Origin: Thermoplasmata archaeon
GTDB lineage: Archaea; Thermoplasmatota; Thermoplasmata; RBG-16-68-12
Length of the DNA stretch: 55,849 bases
Direction: 5' to 3'
NCBI GenBank assembly: GCA_035299725.1
Contig: DATGWB010000004.1
Coordinates: 1 to 55,849, forward strand
Each line of letters opens with the position of its first letter. Position 1 is the stretch's first letter. Positions 45,966 through 54,351 of the stretch are shown here, in pieces. The translations under genes and the position numbers were made by a program. The notes below the pieces were generated by a model that was not told the origin of the DNA, searched no databases, and saw only the letters and a program-made list of their open reading frames with translations.

Positions 45966-47057
45966 ATCGTGAACGTCCTCGAGTCCGATCGAGAAGCGCA
46001 CGAGGCCGTCCGTGATGCCTTGCTTCTCCCGCTGTTCCTTCGGCACGCTGGCATGGGTCATCGAGGCCGGGTGTTCAATGAGGGATTCCACGCCCCCCAG
46101 GCTCTCGGCCGGCACGATGACCTCGAGGCGCTTGAGCCGCTCGACGATCCGGGACGGATCGCGGGCCTCGAAGCTCAGCATGCCGCCGAAGCGACGCATC
46201 TGTTTCTTCGCGATGGCGTGGCCCGGGTCGTCGGGCAGACCGGGGTAGTGGACTTTCGCGATCGCCTTGTGGCCTTTCAGGAATTTCGCGAGCGCTTCCG
46301 CGTTGTCGCAGTGCGTTTCCATGCGGATCGCGAGCGTCTTGATCCCGCGCAGCGTGAGCCAACAATCGAAGGCGCTCGGGATCGCGCCCAGCGCGTTCTG
46401 GGAGAACTTGAGCTTCTCGTGGAGGTCGTCCCGGTTCATCACGAGGGCTCCGCCGAGGAGATCCGCGTGGCCGCCCAGGTACTTCGTCGTGCTGTGGACG
46501 ACCAAGTCGATCCCGAGGGCCAGCGGATTCTGCAGGGCCGGCGACGCGAACGTGTTGTCGCACACGCTGATCGCATCATGCGCCTTCGCGATGACCGCGA
46601 GTTCGCGGAGGTCGACGACCTTCATCAAGGGGTTCGTCGGCGATTCGGTCCACAACATCCGGGTCTCCGGCCGGAAGGCGTCCTCGGCGTCGACGAGGTC
46701 GCGCAGGTCGACGAAGCTCGATTCGATCCCGTAGTTGCTCATGATTCGCGTGAAAATCCGGTAGACTCCGCCGTAGCAGTCGTCCGTCACCACGACGTGG
46801 TCTCCCTTCTTCAGGAGTGTGAGGGACGTCGTGATGGCCCCCATGCCGCTCGAGAACGAGAGGGCATACTTGGCCTCCTCGAGGCCCGCAAGGCTCTTCT
46901 GCAGGGCCTCCCGCGTCGGGTTCGAGGAGCGCGCGTACGCATACTCGTCCTGCGTCTTTCGGGAATACGTCGAGGTCAGGTAGAGCGGCGCGGTCACCGC
47001 GCCCGTCCGCGGATCCGGCTCCTGCCCGACGTGGATGGCCTTCGTGGCAAAGCGCAT
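45933..47057 (-). CDS. Cys/Met-metabolism PLP enzyme (cystathionine gamma-lyase/gamma-synthase family)
   Basis: P.Y.TSTY, SSGMGAI, D..YGG.Y and the PLP-lysine region HSTTKYLGGH are present. Length is 374 aa. Confidence 0.88.
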   Translation of the reverse strand: MRFATKAIHVGQEPDPRTGAVTAPLYLTSTYSRKTQDEYAYARSSNPTREALQKSLAGLEEAKYALSFSSGMGAITTSLTLLKKGDHVVVTDDCYGGVYRIFTRIMSNYGIESSFVDLRDLVDAEDAFRPETRMLWTESPTNPLMKVVDLRELAVIAKAHDAISVCDNTFASPALQNPLALGIDLVVHSTTKYLGGHADLLGGALVMNRDDLHEKLKFSQNALGAIPSAFDCWLTLRGIKTLAIRMETHCDNAEALAKFLKGHKAIAKVHYPGLPDDPGHAIAKKQMRRFGGMLSFEARDPSRIVERLKRLEVIVPAESLGGVESLIEHPASMTHASVPKEQREKQGITDGLVRFSIGLEDVHDLTEDLERALG

Positions 47058-47102
47058 GGAATCGCCGGGGACGGAGTCGCACGCCCGCCGTAAATAAGCT
47101 TG

Positions 47103-48473
47103 CTACGCGCGGCCCGCGAGGTACTCGATGACGTCGATGCGGGTGATGATCCCCTCGAGCCGGTTCTCCTTGCCCACGATGACGGCGGGATTGCCGCGCA
47201 TCAAGAGTTTGTAGACCTGCTCGAGGTCTGCACCCGGCTCGACGACGGGGAACGGTTTGTCCATCACCTTGGCGACGTAATCGTCGTAGAGCTTCGGGTT
47301 CTCCAGGAGGGCCTTCATCAGGATTTCCTCCCGCAGGCTGCCGACGAGGATTCCCGTGTCCATGACAGGGAGCTGGGACACGTTGTACTGGCGCATCATG
47401 TCGGCGGCCTCCCGGACCTTCGCCGCGATGTCGATCGTGACGACGCCGGGAATCGTTCGCTCCTTCGCCCGGAGGATCGTCATGAGGGGCGCGACCGGTT
47501 CTTCGAGGTAGCCTTGCTCCTTCAACCATTCCTCGTTGTGTGCCTTCGAGAGGTAGCGCTCGCCGGTGTCCGGCAAGAGGACGACCATCACATCGTCCCG
47601 ATCGAGCGTCTCCGCAATCCGCCGGGCCGCGACGACGGCGGCGCCGCTCGAGCTCCCCGCGAGGACGCCTTCCTCCCGGGCGAGGCGGCGCGTCATGAGG
47701 TACGACTCCTTGTCGCCCACCTTGATAATCTCGTCGATCGTGTCGAACCAGGTCGACTCCGGCACGAAGTCCTCCCCGATCCCTTCGATCTTGTAGGTGT
47801 GGGCCTTCATGGGTTCCTTCTTGTAGAAGAAGTCCTTCAAGATCGATCCGAGCGGGTCGACCCCGATGACCTGGACCTTCGGATTCTTTTCCTTGAGGAA
47901 CTTGCCCACGCCGGAAATCGTGCCGCCGGTCCCCATCCCGCAGACGAAGTGGGTGACGGTCCCGTCGGTGTCCCGCCAGATTTCCGGGCCCGTCGTCTCG
48001 TAGTGGGCTCGGGGATTGGCTTGGTTCGCATACTGGTTGGGCAAGATCGAGTTCGGCGTGTCCCGATGGATCCGTTCGGCGACCCGGTAGTAGGAATCCG
48101 GATGCTCGGGCGGAACCGCCGTGGGCGTCACGACGACCCGGGCCCCGAGGGCCTTCAGGAGGTCGATCTTCTCCCGGCTCATCTTGTCCGGCATCGTGAA
48201 GACCACGCGGTAGCCCTTAATCGCGGCGACCATCGCGAGGCCCAGGCCGGTGTTCCCGCTCGTGGGCTCGATGATCGTTCCGCCGGGTTTCAACAGCCCC
48301 TTCGCCTCCGCGTCCGCAATCATCTTCTCGCCGATCCGATCTTTCACGCTCCCGCCGGGATTCATCATCTCGAGCTTTGCCAGCGCGAGGCAAGGGACGC
48401 CCGCCATGATCTTGGGCAGTTTGACCAGGGGCGTGTTCCCGATCGTGTCGAGGATGCTCTCGAAGACCCGCAT
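47103..48473 (-). CDS. cystathionine beta-synthase-type enzyme (PLP fold-II cysteine synthase domain + tandem CBS domains)
   Basis: IGNTPLV, NPGGSVKDR (PLP lysine), TSGNTG and GTGGT are present, followed by a C-terminal Bateman module (two CBS repeats). Confidence 0.88.
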   Translation of the reverse strand: MRVFESILDTIGNTPLVKLPKIMAGVPCLALAKLEMMNPGGSVKDRIGEKMIADAEAKGLLKPGGTIIEPTSGNTGLGLAMVAAIKGYRVVFTMPDKMSREKIDLLKALGARVVVTPTAVPPEHPDSYYRVAERIHRDTPNSILPNQYANQANPRAHYETTGPEIWRDTDGTVTHFVCGMGTGGTISGVGKFLKEKNPKVQVIGVDPLGSILKDFFYKKEPMKAHTYKIEGIGEDFVPESTWFDTIDEIIKVGDKESYLMTRRLAREEGVLAGSSSGAAVVAARRIAETLDRDDVMVVLLPDTGERYLSKAHNEEWLKEQGYLEEPVAPLMTILRAKERTIPGVVTIDIAAKVREAADMMRQYNVSQLPVMDTGILVGSLREEILMKALLENPKLYDDYVAKVMDKPFPVVEPGADLEQVYKLLMRGNPAVIVGKENRLEGIITRIDVIEYLAGRA

Positions 48474-48637
48474 TGCTAGGCCGACTCCGTCACCGACATT
48501 CGATGAAAAGGATGGTCGCTATAAGAACGTGCGCGGGTCCCTCATCTTCGAGGTCCTCCCGACCGGGTTCGGTTCGCACCAGTTACGAAATCAGTCTCGC
48601 TGCGAGTCGAGAGGCCGGAGGCCGTGGGACGCGAAGA

Positions 48638-48710
48638 TGCCGGGGGAGGGAGTCGAACCCTCTGGAAACCGATCTGCAGTCGGTCACATTAGCCGCTCTG
48701 TCACCCCGGC
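48638..48710 (-). tRNA. tRNA-Cys (anticodon GCA), discriminator A73
   Basis: Hand-folded on the minus strand: acceptor GCCGGGG/CCCCGGC, anticodon stem ACCGA/TCGGT, loop CTGCAGA, T-arm GAGGG-TTCGACT-CCCTC. 73 nt. The base after the acceptor stem is A. Confidence 0.85.
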
Positions 48711-48923
48711 GTCGCCCGCCCAACCGACGCAGCGTAATTGAAACTTTGGAGACGCACCGCGTCGAAGCGAACTGAGTGCGAGACGATGAGAGGAAACCGC
48801 TGCGTCTCTCCCGGACTACGGGTCGATGGAACCTGGAGTCCTACATCCGAGTTCGAGTTTCGTCAGATAAACTATTAGAGTCGACTCCCCCTTTCCACGA
48901 ATTCCGGTCCGGAGGGAATCTAT

Positions 48924-51584
48924 ATGGAGCCCGAGACGGACGCGGAGGCAGGACGCGTTCCTGTTCCCCCAGGGCCCGAGGCCCCCAAGCGGTGGCCTTG
49001 GGGCCGGATCACCGCGGTCGTGGTCGTGGCTCTCCTCACGATCACCGCGTTCGCCATCGCCGTCCGCCAGCCCAACCGCCCGCCGTCCATCACCGACGTC
49101 TCGGTGAGCGATGACACTGCCATCGTGAGCGCGTCGCCCACCAAGCTCGTTTTCACCGCGCATGCGACCGACCCCGACGGGGATGCGCTGAGCTATTCCT
49201 GGGAGTTCGGTGATAGCGGAACCGGATCGGGGACCCAGGATTCCCATGCCTATGCCGTGCCAGGCTGGTACACCGGGGTCCTCACGGTGAGCGACGGCAA
49301 GGGCGGCGTCGCGACGAACGACGACCGGCTCCTGTTCATTCATGTGCGCTCGGCTCCGTCTGACGGCGCGGTCCCCGCAAGCCCGCCATCGCCCTCCGGG
49401 TGTGCGGTGACCTGTGTCGGAACAAACGGTCTCGCGGTGCTCACGGCAAACCGGTCCGGCGCAACGGTCGGCTCCGAGATCCGCTTCAGCGGAAATGCCT
49501 CATGGGCGTACGTATGGTCGTGGAACAACGCATCGAACGTCTCCCGCGGCGGAGCGTACTCAGTCGTGAGCGCCGCCGATAACGCCTCCTTGTTTTCCTT
49601 CAGCTACTCGTGGGGAGACGGGACGGCGAACACGACCGGGACGGCCCTCGAGGTCGGCCAGACGGGCCACCGGTTCTCCTCTCCGGGGACGTACTTCATC
49701 CAATTGACCGTGGCGTCGGGGGCGTTCGCGAAGTCCGCGGGCTACACCGTGCGCATCGTTCCCGGCGCTCCGCTGGCCCAGTTGAAGTATCCCGGCATTT
49801 TCGCGGCGGCGAACGCGCACGAGCCGGATTCGCTCGAGCCGGCGATCGACAACGATTCCGCTGGTGGCGAGGTCCTCCAGAATGTGTACGAAACGCTCAT
49901 CGCGGTTCCGTCCGCGAGCGAGAGCGTCGATCCGCTTGTGCCTCGCCTCGCCACTGAAGTCCCCTCGACGGCCAACAACGGTACGTCGCCCGACGGGAGG
50001 AACTACACGTTCCAGCTGCGGACCGACGTGATGTTCCACGATCAGACGCCCATGACGGCGAGGGATGTCTCGAGCTCGTTCCGGCGGCTGCTCGCCATCC
50101 ACCCGGCCGACGGACCTTCGCGGATCCTCGAAGGTCTGATGACCAATCTCATCAGCACGTTCGCGAACGCGGACTGCAATCCGTCGATCGCGGGAAAGCA
50201 GAACTGCACGATCGGAGACTGGGCGAACGCGACCTTCCCAGTGCGATCTGCGGTCCCAGCCTACATGAGCGCAGGCTTGCCGCCGGAACCGTCGTGGGAC
50301 ACGACGTCGCTGAACGTCTCGATCGCGTGGGCCGTGAGCAACTCCACCGTGGAGCCGACCGGAAACTACACCGTCGTCTTCCATCTCCTGCGACCATATT
50401 CCGCCTTCCTGCCGTTGCTCGCCTCCACGGTCGGGTCCATCCTGTCACAGGCCTGCGTGGGAAGGAACGGAGGCGTCCGATGGGGCGTCCCGAATTCCAT
50501 TTTGGCTCGGGGTGCGGACTGCGGGAGCGGACCGTTCACCCTCGCCCCCACGTCGTGGTCGCCGAACCAAGCGATAGTGCTGACGCGATTCAATCAATCC
50601 TGGCGAGGCCCTGCCAAGAGCCCGGCTGTCCACCTCCTTCCGGTACGCGACGTGGTGAGCCGCGAGTTCCTGCTCCTCGCCGGGGACGTGGATACGGCCT
50701 CGATCGATCGGGACCACCAGTGGGACGTGATGAACTCGGACGGGACGCCGAAATTCCCGACCTTGCGAATCGCGAAAGACCGCCCCGCCTTCGGCGTATC
50801 GTTTTTCGGGTACAACCAGAGGATTAACCTCACCGCGACGCCGGACCCAATTACAGTCCCGGCGACCTTCTTTGCGGACGTCCACGTTCGCAGGACGTTC
50901 ACGTACGCATTCGATTACAGTGCCTTCCTCGTGAACGTGACCCACGATGCGGGACTGCAACCCCGCGGACCGGTTCCGCTCGGCCTTCCGGGATACAACG
51001 CGAGCATCCCCCTGTTCCCGTTCGACCTGGCTAGAGCCGCGACCGAGCTGAACGCCACACCGTACTGGGTGTCGGGGTTCAACCTCACGCTGTATTACCG
51101 CGCGGGGAGCGCGTACGAAGAACAAGGGTGCCGCCTCTTGGCTCAGGGCCTCGAGGCGCTGCACTCGCGCGAGGGTTCTCCGGGCGTCATCCTGGTGGCC
51201 GTCCGATTCCTCGACTCGGGCGCGTACAACCGGGCGTTGCATGACGGCGGGCTCCCGCTCGCCCTCCTGTCGTGGGCGCCTCGCTTCGCCGATCCGCTGG
51301 ATTCCGTCGTGCCATTCCTTCGAACCGGGAGCGCGTATCCCACTTGGATCGGATATCGCAACGCGACCCTCGACGCCCGCATTGACGCCGCCTCGAGCGA
51401 GTTGAATGAGACGACGCGGGTGCAGGAATTCCTCGACCTGACCGCCCGCGCAGTCCTCGATGACGTGCCGTACTTGTGGGTCTTCCAGGTGACGAGCTTC
51501 CATGTCGAGCGCGCGTGGGTCAGTGGTTACTACTTCAACCCGATGCTCCGAGGCCTGGACTACGCTCAATTGTCGAAAGCGTAA
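48924..51584 (+). CDS. membrane-anchored surface protein: N-terminal TM anchor + PKD-like domains + family-5 (OppA/DppA-type) solute-binding domain
   Basis: A TM helix ITAVVVVALLTITAFAIAV is followed by PKD-like signatures (ATDPDGDALSYSWEFGDG, VSDGKGG; second YSWGDG). An SBP_bac_5-like region begins around EPDSLEPAI.....GGEVLQNVYETL. Many N-x-S/T sequons are present. Confidence 0.8.
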   Translation: MEPETDAEAGRVPVPPGPEAPKRWPWGRITAVVVVALLTITAFAIAVRQPNRPPSITDVSVSDDTAIVSASPTKLVFTAHATDPDGDALSYSWEFGDSGTGSGTQDSHAYAVPGWYTGVLTVSDGKGGVATNDDRLLFIHVRSAPSDGAVPASPPSPSGCAVTCVGTNGLAVLTANRSGATVGSEIRFSGNASWAYVWSWNNASNVSRGGAYSVVSAADNASLFSFSYSWGDGTANTTGTALEVGQTGHRFSSPGTYFIQLTVASGAFAKSAGYTVRIVPGAPLAQLKYPGIFAAANAHEPDSLEPAIDNDSAGGEVLQNVYETLIAVPSASESVDPLVPRLATEVPSTANNGTSPDGRNYTFQLRTDVMFHDQTPMTARDVSSSFRRLLAIHPADGPSRILEGLMTNLISTFANADCNPSIAGKQNCTIGDWANATFPVRSAVPAYMSAGLPPEPSWDTTSLNVSIAWAVSNSTVEPTGNYTVVFHLLRPYSAFLPLLASTVGSILSQACVGRNGGVRWGVPNSILARGADCGSGPFTLAPTSWSPNQAIVLTRFNQSWRGPAKSPAVHLLPVRDVVSREFLLLAGDVDTASIDRDHQWDVMNSDGTPKFPTLRIAKDRPAFGVSFFGYNQRINLTATPDPITVPATFFADVHVRRTFTYAFDYSAFLVNVTHDAGLQPRGPVPLGLPGYNASIPLFPFDLARAATELNATPYWVSGFNLTLYYRAGSAYEEQGCRLLAQGLEALHSREGSPGVILVAVRFLDSGAYNRALHDGGLPLALLSWAPRFADPLDSVVPFLRTGSAYPTWIGYRNATLDARIDAASSELNETTRVQEFLDLTARAVLDDVPYLWVFQVTSFHVERAWVSGYYFNPMLRGLDYAQLSKA

Positions 51585-51669
51585 GACGGACTTCCGTCGA
51601 CGCTTCGAGTCGCGACGTTCATCCGCGGCGCGATTCGGCAGATGATCCGTCGAACGGTCTCGCCGAATG

Positions 51670-51676
51670 TATATAT
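51670..51676 (+). promoter_or_regulatory. putative TATA box for the HD-domain gene
   Basis: TATATAT lies 24-30 nt upstream of ATG 51700. Confidence 0.4.
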
Positions 51677-51699
51677 GGAGGCATGGGCTGCTGCGTCGG

Positions 51700-52992
51700 A
51701 TGGCGGATCTGAAGACGATCACGGACACGGTCCACGGGACGATCCGCCTCGATCCGCTCACTCTCGACCTCCTCGAAACGCTCGAGCTGCAGCGACTCAA
51801 TTCGATCCGGCAGCTCGGCCTGACGTATCTCGTGTTCCCGGGGGCGAATCATTCTCGGGTCGAACATTGCCTCGGGGTAGGCCACGTCGCGGGGGAGATG
51901 GCACGCGCGCTCGGCCTCCCGGACGAAGAACGAAAGCTCGTCCAAGCGGCAGGCCTCCTCCACGACGTCGGGCACGGTCCGTTCTCCCATACCTTGGAAC
52001 ATGTCCTGAGCCGCGAGCTCGCGGTGGACCACATGCACCTGACCCAGCGGATTATCACAGGCCACGACGACAACGTGTCCCCGGAGGATCGGAGTGCCTT
52101 CCCGGACGTCAAGCGGATTCACGAGGTCCTCGAAACGCACGGGGTGAGCCCCGCGGCGGTTGCCGACCTGATCCGCGGGCCGTCGGAGAAAGGCGCGGGG
52201 CTGCTCGTGCCCGGAGGCCGGAAGGAGTCGAAACGGTACCTCGCGCAGATTATCCACAGCCCGATGGATGCGGACCAGATCGACTACCTCATGCGGGACG
52301 CGCACTACACGGGCGCCTCCCACGGGACGATCGACTTCTCCCGTCTCTTGCAGACGCTCCGCACCCACCGGGGCGAGCTCGCCCTGGATCGGAAGGGCCT
52401 CCCGGCCTTGGAGGGGATGCTCGTCGCGCGGGGCCTGATGTACTCCTCCGTGTACTTCCACAAGACCGTCCGCATTGCCGAGGAGATGCTCGCGCGCGCC
52501 GTGGAGCGGTCGGACGCACCGATCGCGGACATCCAGAAGATGGTGGACCACGAGCTTCTGAACTGGCTCGTCCATCAGGGGCCGCTCCAACGCGAGATCG
52601 CGCTGCGGCTGAAGTATCGCAAGCTCTACAAGCGCGTCCTCGCCTCGGACCGAGACGATCTCACCGACGCCACGCGGGCCGTCCTGGCATCGTTCAAAGA
52701 TCCGGACGAGCGCCGACGCGTGGAGGACCGTATCGCGCGGCGCGCCGGGCTGAAGCCGGGCCAGGTCATCGTGGACGTCCCGCTGCCGGAACTCCTGTTG
52801 AGCGAACCTCGCATCGCGAAGACGGAAGTCCCCATCTTCGACGACGGCGACGTGAAACCGTTCTCGAAAGTGAGTCCGCTCGGCCGCGCGCTGCAGGTCC
52901 GGCAAGTCGTCGACTGGGTCGTCATGGTCGCCGCACCGGGGGAAGCGGTCGACGCCGTCCGCAAGGCATCGAAGGCCGCGCTCTTCGAGTGA
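51700..52992 (+). CDS. HD-domain phosphohydrolase (COG1078, SAMHD1/dNTPase-like)
   Basis: I.D.VHG.I.L, QRL..I.QLG, SR.EH.LGV and LLHDVGHGPFSH are present. The start is ATG 51700, 24-27 nt after TATATAT (leaderless-type spacing). Confidence 0.85.
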   Translation: MADLKTITDTVHGTIRLDPLTLDLLETLELQRLNSIRQLGLTYLVFPGANHSRVEHCLGVGHVAGEMARALGLPDEERKLVQAAGLLHDVGHGPFSHTLEHVLSRELAVDHMHLTQRIITGHDDNVSPEDRSAFPDVKRIHEVLETHGVSPAAVADLIRGPSEKGAGLLVPGGRKESKRYLAQIIHSPMDADQIDYLMRDAHYTGASHGTIDFSRLLQTLRTHRGELALDRKGLPALEGMLVARGLMYSSVYFHKTVRIAEEMLARAVERSDAPIADIQKMVDHELLNWLVHQGPLQREIALRLKYRKLYKRVLASDRDDLTDATRAVLASFKDPDERRRVEDRIARRAGLKPGQVIVDVPLPELLLSEPRIAKTEVPIFDDGDVKPFSKVSPLGRALQVRQVVDWVVMVAAPGEAVDAVRKASKAALFE

Positions 52993-53053
52993 CCTATGCG
53001 GATCGAGGACGATTCGCTCGTGTTTGTCAACGCGGCGGACGTTCGTCCGACAA

Positions 53054-53064
53054 CTTTTAAATAG
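53054..53064 (+). promoter_or_regulatory. putative BRE/TATA element of ftsZ copy 1
   Basis: CTTTTAAATAG lies about 65-75 nt upstream of ATG 53129. A similar CATTTATTAAT element precedes copy 2 at 54276-54286. Confidence 0.3.
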
Positions 53065-53128
53065 CGTCCGCCGGATACGCGGCCATCTTGCGGGATGGGA
53101 TGAACTCGCAGGCTCTGCAGGTGTCGCA

Positions 53129-54223
53129 ATGAATTCGATGTTAGAGGACGTTCTCGCCCGGGAAGGGAGTGCCCCCGCATTTGAAGACAGCCGGGTCGAC
53201 GCCGAGCTCGAAGAGATGCTCAGCAAGATGCGGACGAACATCAAGATCATCGGCCTCGGTGGTGGAGGCTGCAACACGATCGGCCGCGTCTACAACGAGG
53301 GGATCGTCGGGGCCGAGCTGTACGCGTGCAACACGGACGCCCAACACCTGCTCCATATCGCCTCCCCGAAGAAGGTCCTGCTCGGTCGTCGGATCACGAA
53401 AGGCCTCGGGGCCGGGGCGCTGCCGCAGATCGGCGAGGAAGCCGCGCGGGAGGCCGAAGAGGAGCTGCGCGCGATCGTCCAAGGCGCGGACATCGTGTTC
53501 GTGACGTGCGGCCTCGGTGGCGGTACGGGCACCGGCAGCTGCGGCTACGTCGCCCGGCTCGCGAAGGAGATGGGCGCCCTGACGATCGCGGTCGTGACCC
53601 TGCCATTCCGGGGCGAGGGAAAGCTCCGGATGGAGAGCGCGGAATGGGGGCTCGAGCGGCTCCGCGACGCGGCCGACACGGTGATCACAATCCCGAATGA
53701 CAAATTGCTCGACCTGGTGCCGCGTCAGTCGTTGAACCTTGCGTTCAAGTTCGCGGACGAGGTCCTCATGCGGTCGATCAAGGGACTCACGGAGATCATC
53801 ACGAAGCCCGGCCTCGTGAACCTCGACTTCAACGATGTGAAGACGATCATGAAAGGCGGCGGGGTCGCGATGATCGGTCTCGGCGAGAGCCAGGCCGTCG
53901 GCGACAACCGCGCCGTCGAGGCGATCGAAGAGGCGATCAACTCTCCGCTCCTCGAGGTCGATGTGTCGACCGCGCACGGCGTGCTGATCAACGTCACGGG
54001 CGGGAACGACATGACGATCTCCGAGGCGGAGCGCGTCGCCGAGGTCGTCCAATCGAAGGTCTCCCCGACCGCGCGGATCATCTGGGGCGCGACCGTCGAT
54101 GCGTCGCTCGAACACACGTTGCGCGTCATGCTCGTCGCGACCGGCGTCAAGTCGAAACAGATTGTCGGACGACGAGATCCCTCGGAGGAGAAGGCCCGCG
54201 TCGGCGTCGACGTCATCCGCTGA
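53129..54223 (+). CDS. ftsZ: cell division GTPase FtsZ (upstream tandem copy)
   Basis: GLGGGGCN, NTDAQHL, the tubulin signature GLGGGTGTG and the T7 loop NLDFNDV are present. The N-terminus MNSMLEDVLAREG is homologous to that of the second copy. Confidence 0.93.
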   Translation: MNSMLEDVLAREGSAPAFEDSRVDAELEEMLSKMRTNIKIIGLGGGGCNTIGRVYNEGIVGAELYACNTDAQHLLHIASPKKVLLGRRITKGLGAGALPQIGEEAAREAEEELRAIVQGADIVFVTCGLGGGTGTGSCGYVARLAKEMGALTIAVVTLPFRGEGKLRMESAEWGLERLRDAADTVITIPNDKLLDLVPRQSLNLAFKFADEVLMRSIKGLTEIITKPGLVNLDFNDVKTIMKGGGVAMIGLGESQAVGDNRAVEAIEEAINSPLLEVDVSTAHGVLINVTGGNDMTISEAERVAEVVQSKVSPTARIIWGATVDASLEHTLRVMLVATGVKSKQIVGRRDPSEEKARVGVDVIR

Positions 54224-54351
54224 ATTGCCACCGTGGCCATCCACGGAGGCGACGAGGCTGTCGCGAACCCGGAAACATTTATTAATCCTCCTCCTTTACG
54301 TGAATGTCGCGGTTGCTTCATTCGCTTCCTCGGGCAGCCGGAGGCCGAAAA

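Noticed and set aside
48748-48811. An inverted repeat GGAGACGCA...TGCGTCTC(T)CC enclosing CTGA and GATGAG, considered as a C/D box sRNA between tRNA-Cys and the surface-protein gene.
   Set aside because: The box order and spacing are wrong. There is no C box after the 5' stem and no D box before the 3' stem, and only one box pair is present. It is probably just a 5' UTR or promoter-region hairpin.
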